Origin: Myxococcota bacterium | Lineage (GTDB): Bacteria; Myxococcota; UBA4151 | DNA length: 44,177 nucleotides | Direction: 5' to 3' | Assembly: GCA_036338695.1 (NCBI GenBank) | Contig: JAYZBQ010000061.1 | Coordinates: 1 to 44,177 of the forward strand | Shown: one piece after another, positions 30,090-39,005 of the stretch | How the letters are laid out: each line of letters begins with the position of its first letter | Position numbering within the stretch: the stretch's first letter is position 1 | The notes under the pieces: model-generated | Seen by the model: the letters and a program-made list of their open reading frames with translations, nothing else | Told to the model about the DNA's origin: nothing | The model's database searches: none | Position numbers and translations under genes: made by a program

Positions 30090-30724
30090 CGCGACTCCTC
30101 GATGCCGTGGCGAAACGCGGCATGGACGTGGCGCTGGCTGGCGCAGGTATCGCCGTCAGCTGGCCGGTGATGGCGCTGATCGCCGTGGCGATCTCGCTCG
30201 AAGACCAAGACAGCCCCTTCTACATCCAAGAGCGCATCGGCAAGGATGGTAAACCCTTTCGCCTGCTCAAGTTCCGGACCATGACCAACCGCCCCGTCGG
30301 TAAAGAGGGTCCGGAGATCACGGTGGGGGTCGACCCGCGCATCACCAAGGTGGGTCAGCTCCTACGCGGCGCTCGGCTCGATGAGCTGCCTCAGCTCTTC
30401 AACATCCTCGCCGGCGAGATGAGCGTCGTCGGGCCCCGCCCTGAGGTGGCGCGCTATGTGGCGCATTACAGCGAGGAGCAAAGGCGCGTGCTCGAGGTCA
30501 AACCAGGGCTCACAGATCCTGCGACCCTCGCCTACCGCCACGAAGCAGAGCGGCTGGCTCAAAGCGACGCCCCAGAGCAGACCTATATCAACGAGATCAT
30601 GCCCGAGAAGCTGGCGATGAATCTGGAATACCTCGCCACGCGCAACACCCTCTCGGATCTGCGGGTCTTTCTCGAAACCGTCGCCGCCGTCTTAGGCGAC
30701 CAATCCGAAAAGAAGCACCGGTGA
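30083..30724 (+). CDS. Small monotopic phosphoglycosyl transferase (WlbG/WbgY/WcfS-like)
   Basis: KRGMD, KFRTM, DPRITKVG, LDELPQL, MSVVGPRPEV. Confidence 0.9.
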   Translation: MLTRLLDAVAKRGMDVALAGAGIAVSWPVMALIAVAISLEDQDSPFYIQERIGKDGKPFRLLKFRTMTNRPVGKEGPEITVGVDPRITKVGQLLRGARLDELPQLFNILAGEMSVVGPRPEVARYVAHYSEEQRRVLEVKPGLTDPATLAYRHEAERLAQSDAPEQTYINEIMPEKLAMNLEYLATRNTLSDLRVFLETVAAVLGDQSEKKHR

Positions 30725-32601
30725 GACGGTTCTGGCGACATCCCATGCGCCGACTCAGCATGCAGGTTGCGGGCGACGGCATCGGTCTAGCTGGCGCCTA
30801 TTACGGTGCGTTCTACCTACGCTTCAACATGGCGCCTGCGCCGCGCTACCTCGACATGGCGGATCAGACGGTCCCCGTCATCGTGGTCGCCACGCTGGGC
30901 TGCATGATGGCGCTTCGGATCTATCGTGTCATGTGGCGCTACCTCAGCCTCGCAGACCTCACCCGGCTCGCACAGGCGGTCTTTTTTGGTGTCTTGGTCT
31001 CTACCTTTGTGCTCGCTCTGTGGACGCGCCTGAGCCTCTACCCCCGGACGGTTCTGCCCATGTACGCCGTCCTCGCGGTGGTGATCCTCAGCGCCATCCG
31101 CATGGTCGGCAGGGGCTGGTTCGAGCGCGGCATGCGCCTACGCATCGACCGCGACGAGCTCACGAGTGTTTTGCTGATCGGCGCCGGTCGAGCGGCGGAG
31201 CTGCTGCTCAACGAGCTGCGCGCCAACCGAGACAGCAAGCTGCAGGTGGTGGGCTTACTCGACGACGACTCGGTCAAGCAGGGACGGGTGATTTTGGGCG
31301 CGCCGGTGCTCGGCTCCATCGATTCCTTGGCGGTTCAACTCGAGACCCACGAGATCCAGCGCGTCGTGTTTTGCATCCCATCGGCGCCGAACAGCCTGAG
31401 GCTCAAGCTGCTCGAGCTCTGCAGCGACCTCGGCGTCCGTCTCGAGACCCTGCCGAGGATCGCCGACCTGGCGGAGGGTAAGATCACCGTCAACCAGATC
31501 CGAGAGGTGACGCTGTCGGATCTGCTCGGCCGGGACCCGGTCGCGCTCGATGAGGGGGCTGTCGCCTCCTTCCTCAACGCAAAAACCGTCATGATCACAG
31601 GAGCGGGTGGCTCCATTGGCTCCGAGATTTGCCGCCAGGTCATGCGTTACGGACCGGCGATGGTCCTGCTGTTTGAGCGCTCGGAGCTCGCCCTGTTTCA
31701 GATCGACGGCGAGCTCAGGCGCCGGTTCCCAAACACCCAGCTCATCCCCTTGCTCGGTGACATCCAAGACGAGCAGCGGGTCGACGAAGTGCTCGCTCGT
31801 TACCAGCCCCAAGTGGTGTTCCATGCCGCCGCCTACAAGCACGTGCCCTTGGTGGAGATGAACCCGTTTCAGGCGCTTGCGAACAACGTGGGCGGATCGC
31901 GCGTCGTGGCGCGCGCCAGCGCACGCGCCGGGGTCGACCGCTTCGTCCTGATCTCGACCGATAAAGCCGTCAACCCAACCAGCTTCATGGGCGCCACCAA
32001 ACGCATCGCAGAGCGCGTCTGCCAGGCGATCGGGGCGCAGGCGGATCATACACGGTTCACGACCGTCCGCTTTGGGAATGTCATCGGCTCGTCCGGCTCG
32101 GTGATCCCGACGTTTCGCGACCAAATCCGGCGCGGCGGACCGATCACGGTCACCCACGAGAAGATCGAGCGCTTCTTTATGACCATCCCGGAAGCGGCGC
32201 AGCTGGTGCTGCAGGCGAGCACCCTGTCAGACGGTGACGAGACCTTCATCCTCGACATGGGGCAGCCGGTCAAAATCGTCGACCTGGCGCGGCAGATGAT
32301 CCGCTTGTCCGGCTTGAAAGAGGGTGAGGACATCGAGATCGAGTTTACCGGCTTGAGGCCGGGTGAAAAGCTCTACGAGGAGCTCATGATCGACGGCGAG
32401 GACCACACCCGTACGGCGCACGCCAAGATCCTGCGTGTCTCGCGCAAGAGCCAGGACGATGGCTGGATTCTCGAACAGACGGGCGCGCTGCTTGCGGCGG
32501 GTCACGACCGCCAGCAAGGCTCGATCCGGCAGATTGCTTCAACGCTCGTCGACAACTACCAGCCGACCCACCTGCCCGGCGCCCAAGAGCCCATCTCATG
32601 A
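30721..32601 (+). CDS. Membrane-bound UDP-GlcNAc 4,6-dehydratase (PglF/WbpM/WlbL/CapD family)
   Basis: Four N-terminal TMs, TGAGGSIGSE, HAAAYKHVP, STDKAVNP..MGATK, RFGNV.GS.GSV, GLRPGEKLYEEL. Confidence 0.95.
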   Translation: MRRFWRHPMRRLSMQVAGDGIGLAGAYYGAFYLRFNMAPAPRYLDMADQTVPVIVVATLGCMMALRIYRVMWRYLSLADLTRLAQAVFFGVLVSTFVLALWTRLSLYPRTVLPMYAVLAVVILSAIRMVGRGWFERGMRLRIDRDELTSVLLIGAGRAAELLLNELRANRDSKLQVVGLLDDDSVKQGRVILGAPVLGSIDSLAVQLETHEIQRVVFCIPSAPNSLRLKLLELCSDLGVRLETLPRIADLAEGKITVNQIREVTLSDLLGRDPVALDEGAVASFLNAKTVMITGAGGSIGSEICRQVMRYGPAMVLLFERSELALFQIDGELRRRFPNTQLIPLLGDIQDEQRVDEVLARYQPQVVFHAAAYKHVPLVEMNPFQALANNVGGSRVVARASARAGVDRFVLISTDKAVNPTSFMGATKRIAERVCQAIGAQADHTRFTTVRFGNVIGSSGSVIPTFRDQIRRGGPITVTHEKIERFFMTIPEAAQLVLQASTLSDGDETFILDMGQPVKIVDLARQMIRLSGLKEGEDIEIEFTGLRPGEKLYEELMIDGEDHTRTAHAKILRVSRKSQDDGWILEQTGALLAAGHDRQQGSIRQIASTLVDNYQPTHLPGAQEPIS

Positions 32602-33701
32602 GCGCCCGCATCTGCCACCTGAGCTCGGTGCATCAACCCAACGATATCCGCATTTTCCGCAAGCAATGCCGGAGCTTGGCTGCCCACGGTTATGAGGTCC
32701 ACTTCGTGGTTCCGGGCGCACGCGACGAAACGATCGACGGGGTGCACCGCTGGGGCGTGGAGCGCCGCGCAGGGCGACTGCGCCGCATGACACAGACCGT
32801 GTTTGACGTGTACCGGCGAGCAGCCGCTCTGCGCGCCGACCTCTACCATTTTCATGACCCGGAGCTCCTCCCCGTGGGGTATGCGCTCAAGCTACGCGGC
32901 GCGCGCGTCGTCTTTGACAGCCACGAGGACCTACCTCGCCAGATCCTCTCGAAGCCTTGGATCCATCCGGCGCTTCGCCATCCGGTTGCGTGGGGCAGCG
33001 AGGCGGTCGAGAACGTCGGGCTGCGCTTTCTCGACGCCGTCATCGGAGCTACACCGCACATCGCCAAGCGCTTCGCTGATTTGGGGCTCGATGCGGTTGC
33101 GGTGAACAACTACCCGATGCTCGGCGAGCTCGACGTGCTCGAGGTCGACTGGTCGACCAAGAAAAAGCAGCTCTGCTATGTCGGCGGGCTCTCGGTTATC
33201 CGCAGCGCTCGAGAGATGGTGCTGGCTGCCGGACGAGCGCAGATCCCACTTCAGATCGCCGGTCCGTTTTCGCCTGCAAGCCTCCGTGAGGAGCTGCTCG
33301 AGCTGCCAGAGGCCGAGCACATCAACTGCTTGGGTTTACTCGACCGCCCCTCCGTAGCGGAGCTGCTCAGCACCTCGCTCGCCGGGGTCGTCGTCTTCTC
33401 CGAGCAACCCAACCACGTCACGGCGCAGCCCAACAAACTCTTTGAGTACCTCGCCGGAGGCATCCCGGTGATCGCCTCGCACTTTCCCTTGTGGCGAGAG
33501 CTCGTCGAGGGTGAGGACATTGGGCTCTGCGTCGACCCCGCCGACCCGGCTGCTATCGCTGAGGCGATGACCACCCTAGCGACGGATCGCCAGCGCGCAG
33601 AGGCGATGGGCCGGCGCGGTCAGGCGCTGGTGCGCGAGCGCTGCAACTGGCAAGCCGAAGAAAAGACCCTTATCACGCTGTACGAGAGACTCCTGTCATG
33701 A
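32598..33701 (+). CDS. Glycosyltransferase family 4
   Basis: HLSSVH..D.RIF, HFHDPEL, DSHED, PNKLFEY. Confidence 0.88.
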   Translation: MSARICHLSSVHQPNDIRIFRKQCRSLAAHGYEVHFVVPGARDETIDGVHRWGVERRAGRLRRMTQTVFDVYRRAAALRADLYHFHDPELLPVGYALKLRGARVVFDSHEDLPRQILSKPWIHPALRHPVAWGSEAVENVGLRFLDAVIGATPHIAKRFADLGLDAVAVNNYPMLGELDVLEVDWSTKKKQLCYVGGLSVIRSAREMVLAAGRAQIPLQIAGPFSPASLREELLELPEAEHINCLGLLDRPSVAELLSTSLAGVVVFSEQPNHVTAQPNKLFEYLAGGIPVIASHFPLWRELVEGEDIGLCVDPADPAAIAEAMTTLATDRQRAEAMGRRGQALVRERCNWQAEEKTLITLYERLLS

Positions 33702-34801
33702 AAATTTTGACCGTCGTGGGCGCCCGCCCCCAGTTCATCAAAGCCGCCGTCGTCTCGCGCGCCGTCGCGGACCACAACGCCCACCACTCGCTGCAGGTCG
33801 AAGAGCGCATTCTGCACACCGGGCAACACTACGACGAACGCATGAGCGACATCTTCTTTAATGACCTCGCGATCCCGAAGCCAGCGATCGACCTTGGGGT
33901 CGGGTCGGGCTCGCATGGGGCGCAAACGGCGACGATGCTCCAAGGAATCGAAGCGCAGATACTGGACTGGAAGCCCGACTGGGTGCTGCTGTACGGCGAC
34001 ACGAACTCGACGCTCGCCGGTGCGCTGGCAGCCTGCAAACTCCACGTCCCGGTGGCGCACGTCGAGGCAGGCTTACGCAGCTTCAACATGCGCATGCCCG
34101 AAGAGATCAACCGAATCCTCACGGACCGCGTCTCGAGCCGCCTGTACTGTCCCACCTCAACCGCCGTGGATCACCTCAAGGCGGAAGGCTGCGACCCAGA
34201 GTCGATCCGTGAAGTCGGTGATGTGATGTACGACGCAGCGCTCTTTTACGGCGCCATGGCGGACCAACGCAGCGACCTGCTCGGCGACGTCACCCTCCCG
34301 GAGGGACGCTTTGTGCTGAGCACGGTTCATCGCGCCGAGAACACCGACGCGCCCGAGCGCCTGCGCGCGATCACCGACGGGCTGATGGCGCTGGCGCGCT
34401 CGCACCAGGTCGTGCTCCCCTTGCACCCGCGTACCCGCCATGCGCTTCAGCGCAGCGGCGACCTCGATGCGCTCGTGCGGTGCGACGGGCTGTTCCTGAT
34501 TGAACCCGTCGGGTACCTTGAGATGATCCAGCTCGAGCGACAGGCTGAGGTGATCGTCACCGACTCTGGCGGTGTGCAAAAAGAGGCCTACTTCCATGAC
34601 ACCCCGTGCGTGACGCTGCGCGACGAGACCGAGTGGGTCGAGACCGTCGCCATGAACTGGAACCGGCTGGTCAAGCCGCTCACCACTGACCACATTCTTG
34701 CGGCGGTGAGCGAGGCGTTGAAGACCGAGCCGATGCGCGACCAAGCCCCCTACGGTGACGGCACCGCCGGTCAGCGCATCGTCGCTGATCTGCTCAGCTA
34801 G
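33698..34801 (+). CDS. Non-hydrolysing UDP-GlcNAc(3NAcA) 2-epimerase (WecB/WbpI/WlbD family)
   Basis: VGARPQFIK, HTGQHYD, YGDTNSTLAG, HVEAGLRS, MPEEINR, TDSGGVQKEA. Confidence 0.95.
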   Translation: MKILTVVGARPQFIKAAVVSRAVADHNAHHSLQVEERILHTGQHYDERMSDIFFNDLAIPKPAIDLGVGSGSHGAQTATMLQGIEAQILDWKPDWVLLYGDTNSTLAGALAACKLHVPVAHVEAGLRSFNMRMPEEINRILTDRVSSRLYCPTSTAVDHLKAEGCDPESIREVGDVMYDAALFYGAMADQRSDLLGDVTLPEGRFVLSTVHRAENTDAPERLRAITDGLMALARSHQVVLPLHPRTRHALQRSGDLDALVRCDGLFLIEPVGYLEMIQLERQAEVIVTDSGGVQKEAYFHDTPCVTLRDETEWVETVAMNWNRLVKPLTTDHILAAVSEALKTEPMRDQAPYGDGTAGQRIVADLLS

Positions 34802-36416
34802 CCTCGTCCAGCTGCGCGGCGAGCAAGCCGAGGCTGACGACCTTACCGAGCCACGCGTTCGGAAGCGTCTCGAGCGTCAGCTCAGGCGCCAGGATCTCGG
34901 CGCGTTGGAGCCGCGAAAATGCTGCCTGAGCAGCCTCGGTTCGGCGCACGGCGGGGATGAGCTCAGGGTGGTCGGGTGACTCCTGGCGCAGGCGCCTGCG
35001 CCGCACCTTCTGCTCGACCTTACGCGCCGCTCGATAAGCAAACATCCGGCTAAAGCCGACCCAATCGCGAACCTCACCAAAGAGACCGGTCGGCAAGCTC
35101 ATCCCGGTGCTCGACGGTAGCCCAGCGAGTTGCGGCGCGTGGGCTTTAATGTAGCCTCGGTGATGGGCGCTCGCGATCCGCTGGCGCAGCGGCAGATCGA
35201 CCGTGCCGCAGTACAGGTCATAATCCATCAAGGGCGCGAGCTCGCTCAAACCCATCCGCGCCCCGGCGGTCAGCTGCGCACCGGCTGCCGCCGACATGCG
35301 GTGTGCGTAAAAGACGTGGAGGTAGGTCGCGACCGCGCTCGAGCGTCGGTACCCATCAAGGCGGCTGAGCATCCGCTCGGCGAGCCCGCGCTGGTGCGCG
35401 CGCAGCCGAGGAGCCAGCAGCGCCTCAGGGAGCGTGAGCGACAACAGGCGTAGGCGCCAAAACCGCTCTAGATCAGCGCGTTGACGCCACAAAAAAGGGA
35501 CATCTTGAAGGAAGGTGAAGTCGTTGATCATCTCACCGCCCATGCCACCAACCGCCACCTCAACACCGTCTCGAACGCGCGCCTCTTGCATACACCGGGC
35601 GCGATGAGTCGCCACCACATCGATCAAGCCCTGGCTCAACTCGCTGTGGCGTCGCAGGTCGTCATCCAAGGTCTCGAGGTGATGTCCGTAGCGAACAAAA
35701 GGCCTGTCAAGGCGCGCAGCGACCGCCTCAGCTTGGGCGAATTCCGTGTAATGCTCAGCCCCGCTTAGCCCGGTGATAAAGGGGAGCTCACCGGCGCTGA
35801 GCGCTGCGACCAAAAGGCGCGAATCGAGGCCTCCTGTGAGGTCCACGGCGACCCGCTTGCCCTGCAAGGCTTCAGCGAGCTGCTCCATCGCCTGTGTCAG
35901 CGAGACCCCCTCGTGCGCGCCGGTCTCAGGCAGCGGTCGGGCGCAGACCCGCCCGACGCCCTCGCTCGACACCTCAAACCGCTCCGAGCCGCTCAGCGCA
36001 CGCACCGCTGCGCTGTGACTGAAGTGCGCGCCGAACCGCCCGTAGTTGAGAAACTCAATGATGGCGTCGGGATCGAACGCTTCGAGGGTTAAACCCTGCG
36101 CCACCAGCGCGTCTCGATAGTGCTCGTACAACACCCCCGAGGCGACGAACACCCGCATCAAACCACAGGGGTCGACCATATGATGCGTCAACCCGCCGGG
36201 CTCTTGGACACAGAGCCAATAGGTCCCGCGCGCAGCGCATGAGCCTTCACCCACGCCCAGCCGTCGCATCCGCTCCACGAGCGCTCGAGCGCTGGCTTCG
36301 CCCCCACGGTAACCCGGCAGATACAAGAAGCCCTTCCACGCGACGCGCCAGCCCTCGAACTCGACCTGATGGGGTAGCTGGTCGGGTTGTGGGTTAGCTG
36401 GCAACCGAGCCGTCAT
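34794..36416 (-). CDS. Asparagine-synthetase-like ATP-dependent amide ligase lacking the N-terminal Cys
   Basis: PP-loop DLTGGLDSR, GGMGGE, APLMD, DPCG..F remnant of the Ntn domain; GGAGG SD. Confidence 0.75.
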   Translation of the reverse strand: MTARLPANPQPDQLPHQVEFEGWRVAWKGFLYLPGYRGGEASARALVERMRRLGVGEGSCAARGTYWLCVQEPGGLTHHMVDPCGLMRVFVASGVLYEHYRDALVAQGLTLEAFDPDAIIEFLNYGRFGAHFSHSAAVRALSGSERFEVSSEGVGRVCARPLPETGAHEGVSLTQAMEQLAEALQGKRVAVDLTGGLDSRLLVAALSAGELPFITGLSGAEHYTEFAQAEAVAARLDRPFVRYGHHLETLDDDLRRHSELSQGLIDVVATHRARCMQEARVRDGVEVAVGGMGGEMINDFTFLQDVPFLWRQRADLERFWRLRLLSLTLPEALLAPRLRAHQRGLAERMLSRLDGYRRSSAVATYLHVFYAHRMSAAAGAQLTAGARMGLSELAPLMDYDLYCGTVDLPLRQRIASAHHRGYIKAHAPQLAGLPSSTGMSLPTGLFGEVRDWVGFSRMFAYRAARKVEQKVRRRRLRQESPDHPELIPAVRRTEAAQAAFSRLQRAEILAPELTLETLPNAWLGKVVSLGLLAAQLDEAS

Positions 36417-37638
36417 CGCTCACCTCCATGCGCCAGGTCGGGCTCAAAAACAGCCCCCACAGGCACAGCACCAAGGGAAAGTACTCGCGCTGAAAATGCG
36501 AGTCATGAAACAAACTGATCACCAGCCAGGCACCGAGCGTCGCGCACAAGGATGCCCCAAGTCCTTGATCCGCGTTGGCCGCAGCCTGACGAATAGCCCG
36601 CCGCGCCAGCGCCACGAACAGCCACACCCAGCCGATCAGCGCCAGCGGCGCCTCCGCCCAGACGCTCAACCAAAAGTTGTGCGCCCAACCTCTCACCTTC
36701 CCCGCAAGCGCCGGCACCGAACCATAGGTGCGCTCGGCGTAGGCGGGGTACGTGCCATAACCCATTCCGCGCGGGAATGAAGCGGCCGCGGCGTCACGGG
36801 CATGGGCCCAGATCGGCACCCGACCAGAGAAGCTCCCGATGCGCTCACGCAGGTCCGGCGTGCTGACCAGAGCACCGAAGCCGCCCCCGACCGCCGCCAG
36901 CATCATCACCAAGCCAGCGCCGCGGAGCCGAGACGACGACACCCATCGGAACAGCGCGAGGACGGCGACACCGAACGCAAAGCCGACTAAGGCGGCGCGA
37001 GCTCCCGACAAAACCATGCCGAAGGTGGCTGCCAGCGCGAGGCTACCCCAGAGCGCTCGGTGGCGCCGAGCAAACAGGGCGTGCGCCCAGCCGGTCAGGG
37101 CGAGGACGCACGAGACGTGGGCAAAGCTCAGGACATGGTGAACCAGCCCTGTGCCGCGCAGGCCGTTGATTGAAAACGTGAGCCAATCTCCGCTGCCGCG
37201 GTAGTTGCGCGAAGACCACTGCAGCGCGTCCGGGTGCAGCGCACGCAGCGGGCCAGGCGTCTGCGCAAGGACCTGAACCAGCGCATAGCCCATCGAAACC
37301 GCAGCGACGGCGAGCGCCACCACGAGGACGCGCTGCCGCCCCGCAGCGCTCCAAGGCGTGCTCAACGAGCCCACCAAGAGCAGCACCAGCAGGACGCGCA
37401 GGCTGCCCGCGTAGGTCTCAGGCGACTGCGCCTCGGTACCGACGACCGTGTGAGCGACCGTCAACCCAGCCAGCACAGCGACCGGTAACCAAAGCGCACG
37501 CGGCGCACGCTGGGTGCGCCAGCTCGATGCCCACGCCACCACCAGCAGCGCCATCGCCACGTTGACCAGCGCCACACCAAGCTGCGCGCCCACCAGCAAG
37601 GACGTGACCGCCACGTAGGCAAATCGTCGGGTCGTCAC
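36394..37638 (-). CDS. O-antigen ligase (WaaL/Wzy_C family) membrane protein
   Basis: Polytopic; SGARAA, SGRVPIW, GMGYG, WAHNFWL motifs. Start re-called at GTG 37638 (GTGA overlap; ATG 37650 is an alternative). Confidence 0.8.
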   Translation of the reverse strand: MTTRRFAYVAVTSLLVGAQLGVALVNVAMALLVVAWASSWRTQRAPRALWLPVAVLAGLTVAHTVVGTEAQSPETYAGSLRVLLVLLLVGSLSTPWSAAGRQRVLVVALAVAAVSMGYALVQVLAQTPGPLRALHPDALQWSSRNYRGSGDWLTFSINGLRGTGLVHHVLSFAHVSCVLALTGWAHALFARRHRALWGSLALAATFGMVLSGARAALVGFAFGVAVLALFRWVSSSRLRGAGLVMMLAAVGGGFGALVSTPDLRERIGSFSGRVPIWAHARDAAAASFPRGMGYGTYPAYAERTYGSVPALAGKVRGWAHNFWLSVWAEAPLALIGWVWLFVALARRAIRQAAANADQGLGASLCATLGAWLVISLFHDSHFQREYFPLVLCLWGLFLSPTWRMEVSDDGSVAS

Positions 37639-39005
37639 GTCGGGTCCCATCGCCTGGCGAGGTGCAAAACCAGCCCGGCGCCGATCACCAGCGCAAGCGC
37701 CGGGACCCACCCCCCCGTCAGCATCGCCACCGTGACGCTCCGAGCAGACAGGAAGAAAACCTGGAGGCAGATCATGGCGTGTAAGCAGACCCGCAAGAGG
37801 CTGCGCTGACCGTAGGTGACCACCAGCTCACTCAGCCCGATCAAACCCCCGACCACGACCGGACCGATCAGGAGACCGAGGTGCGCAAAGTTGGCCCAGA
37901 GGGTGCCGATAAAGGCAGCGTTCGAGAGCCCCGTCTTGATGCCGCCGGTGTGGATGTGATGGTAGACGTAGTTGGAGATCGGAAAAGGGGACTCATCAAA
38001 GATCCGCCGGCTGATCAGGTTGATCGAGCGCCCCTCGAGAAACCCGTGCGCCGAGTCAAAGACCTCAAAATAGAACACCAAAGCCTCTGCCGGGACGTAG
38101 AACAGCCGCCGCGACATGGCGCCGATGACGGCGAGCGGGCCGGCGTCGGAGATCGACGCGACGAGCGCAGCGGGGATCGCCAGCACCACCAAGGCACCAA
38201 AGACCATGTAATGCAGCGGTACGGGCTGGCGACGGTGGACCAGGACCATAATCACGATCATGCACACCAGCATCGCTGCGGGCGCCTTCGCCGTCGTGAA
38301 CGTGGCGTACAGCAACGCGGCGCCGATCACAGCCCCAGCGATGACCTTCCAGAGCCAGCCCTTTTCGGTCAGCGCGCGACCGAGCGCCCACAGCGCCGCC
38401 AGCGGAAACAAGACGCTCATCAGCCAGCTCACCAAGTACTTGATCCCGCCCCCCGGGAGCGTCTTCAAGCTTGCCTCTCGGGCGGCGACGAGCTCCGCCG
38501 AGGACGCACCCGACAACAGCATCCGCAAGGGGTTGACCGGCGCGCTCACGACGTGAAGCGCCGCAAGCGCCAGACAGAGCACGCACAGCGCCGCGAACAT
38601 CCCCACCGCGAGTCCACCACGCTCCACCGTAATAGGCGCTTGAAAATAATACTCGAACTCGTTGCGCCGCTGACCAAAACCTCGGTGCACGAGGAACCAC
38701 CCTAGCCCGGATAACGGGAGCACCCCGACCACGCCGTAGTAGAACCAAGGACCGCCGATCTCGGGCAGTTGCAAGCGAATGTAGAGCGACGGAATGACGA
38801 TCATGGCGCTGTAAGTGGTAAAAAACACCCCCATGATCGAGATGTAGCGAAGCGAGAAGGAGGCCGGCGCATAGCGAGCGAGACCTGCCCAACACAAAAA
38901 TCCTCCCGTTGCGACGAGCAGATCCGGGCCGATGGCTCGAAGCCCAGGTATGGCGACCGCCGAGAGGCAGGTTGCGGCCAGACAGATCGGCAGCGCCCAG
39001 CTCAT
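37635..39005 (-). CDS. wzy: Probable O-antigen polymerase Wzy
   Basis: About 11 TM, RRLFYVP, GFLEGRS and WANF loop patterns; between flippase and ligase. Start re-called at ATG 39005 (ATGA overlap). Confidence 0.65.
   Translation of the reverse strand: MSWALPICLAATCLSAVAIPGLRAIGPDLLVATGGFLCWAGLARYAPASFSLRYISIMGVFFTTYSAMIVIPSLYIRLQLPEIGGPWFYYGVVGVLPLSGLGWFLVHRGFGQRRNEFEYYFQAPITVERGGLAVGMFAALCVLCLALAALHVVSAPVNPLRMLLSGASSAELVAAREASLKTLPGGGIKYLVSWLMSVLFPLAALWALGRALTEKGWLWKVIAGAVIGAALLYATFTTAKAPAAMLVCMIVIMVLVHRRQPVPLHYMVFGALVVLAIPAALVASISDAGPLAVIGAMSRRLFYVPAEALVFYFEVFDSAHGFLEGRSINLISRRIFDESPFPISNYVYHHIHTGGIKTGLSNAAFIGTLWANFAHLGLLIGPVVVGGLIGLSELVVTYGQRSLLRVCLHAMICLQVFFLSARSVTVAMLTGGWVPALALVIGAGLVLHLARRWDPT

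Noticed and set aside
34794..36416. Lasso peptide cyclase / RiPP cluster
   Set aside because: No precursor peptide, B1/B2 protein or ABC exporter nearby; the context is entirely polysaccharide biosynthesis.
37710..37716. G7 tract in wzy as a phase-variation site
   Set aside because: Short for a GC-rich genome, encodes Thr-Gly-Gly near the C-terminus, and the frame is intact.
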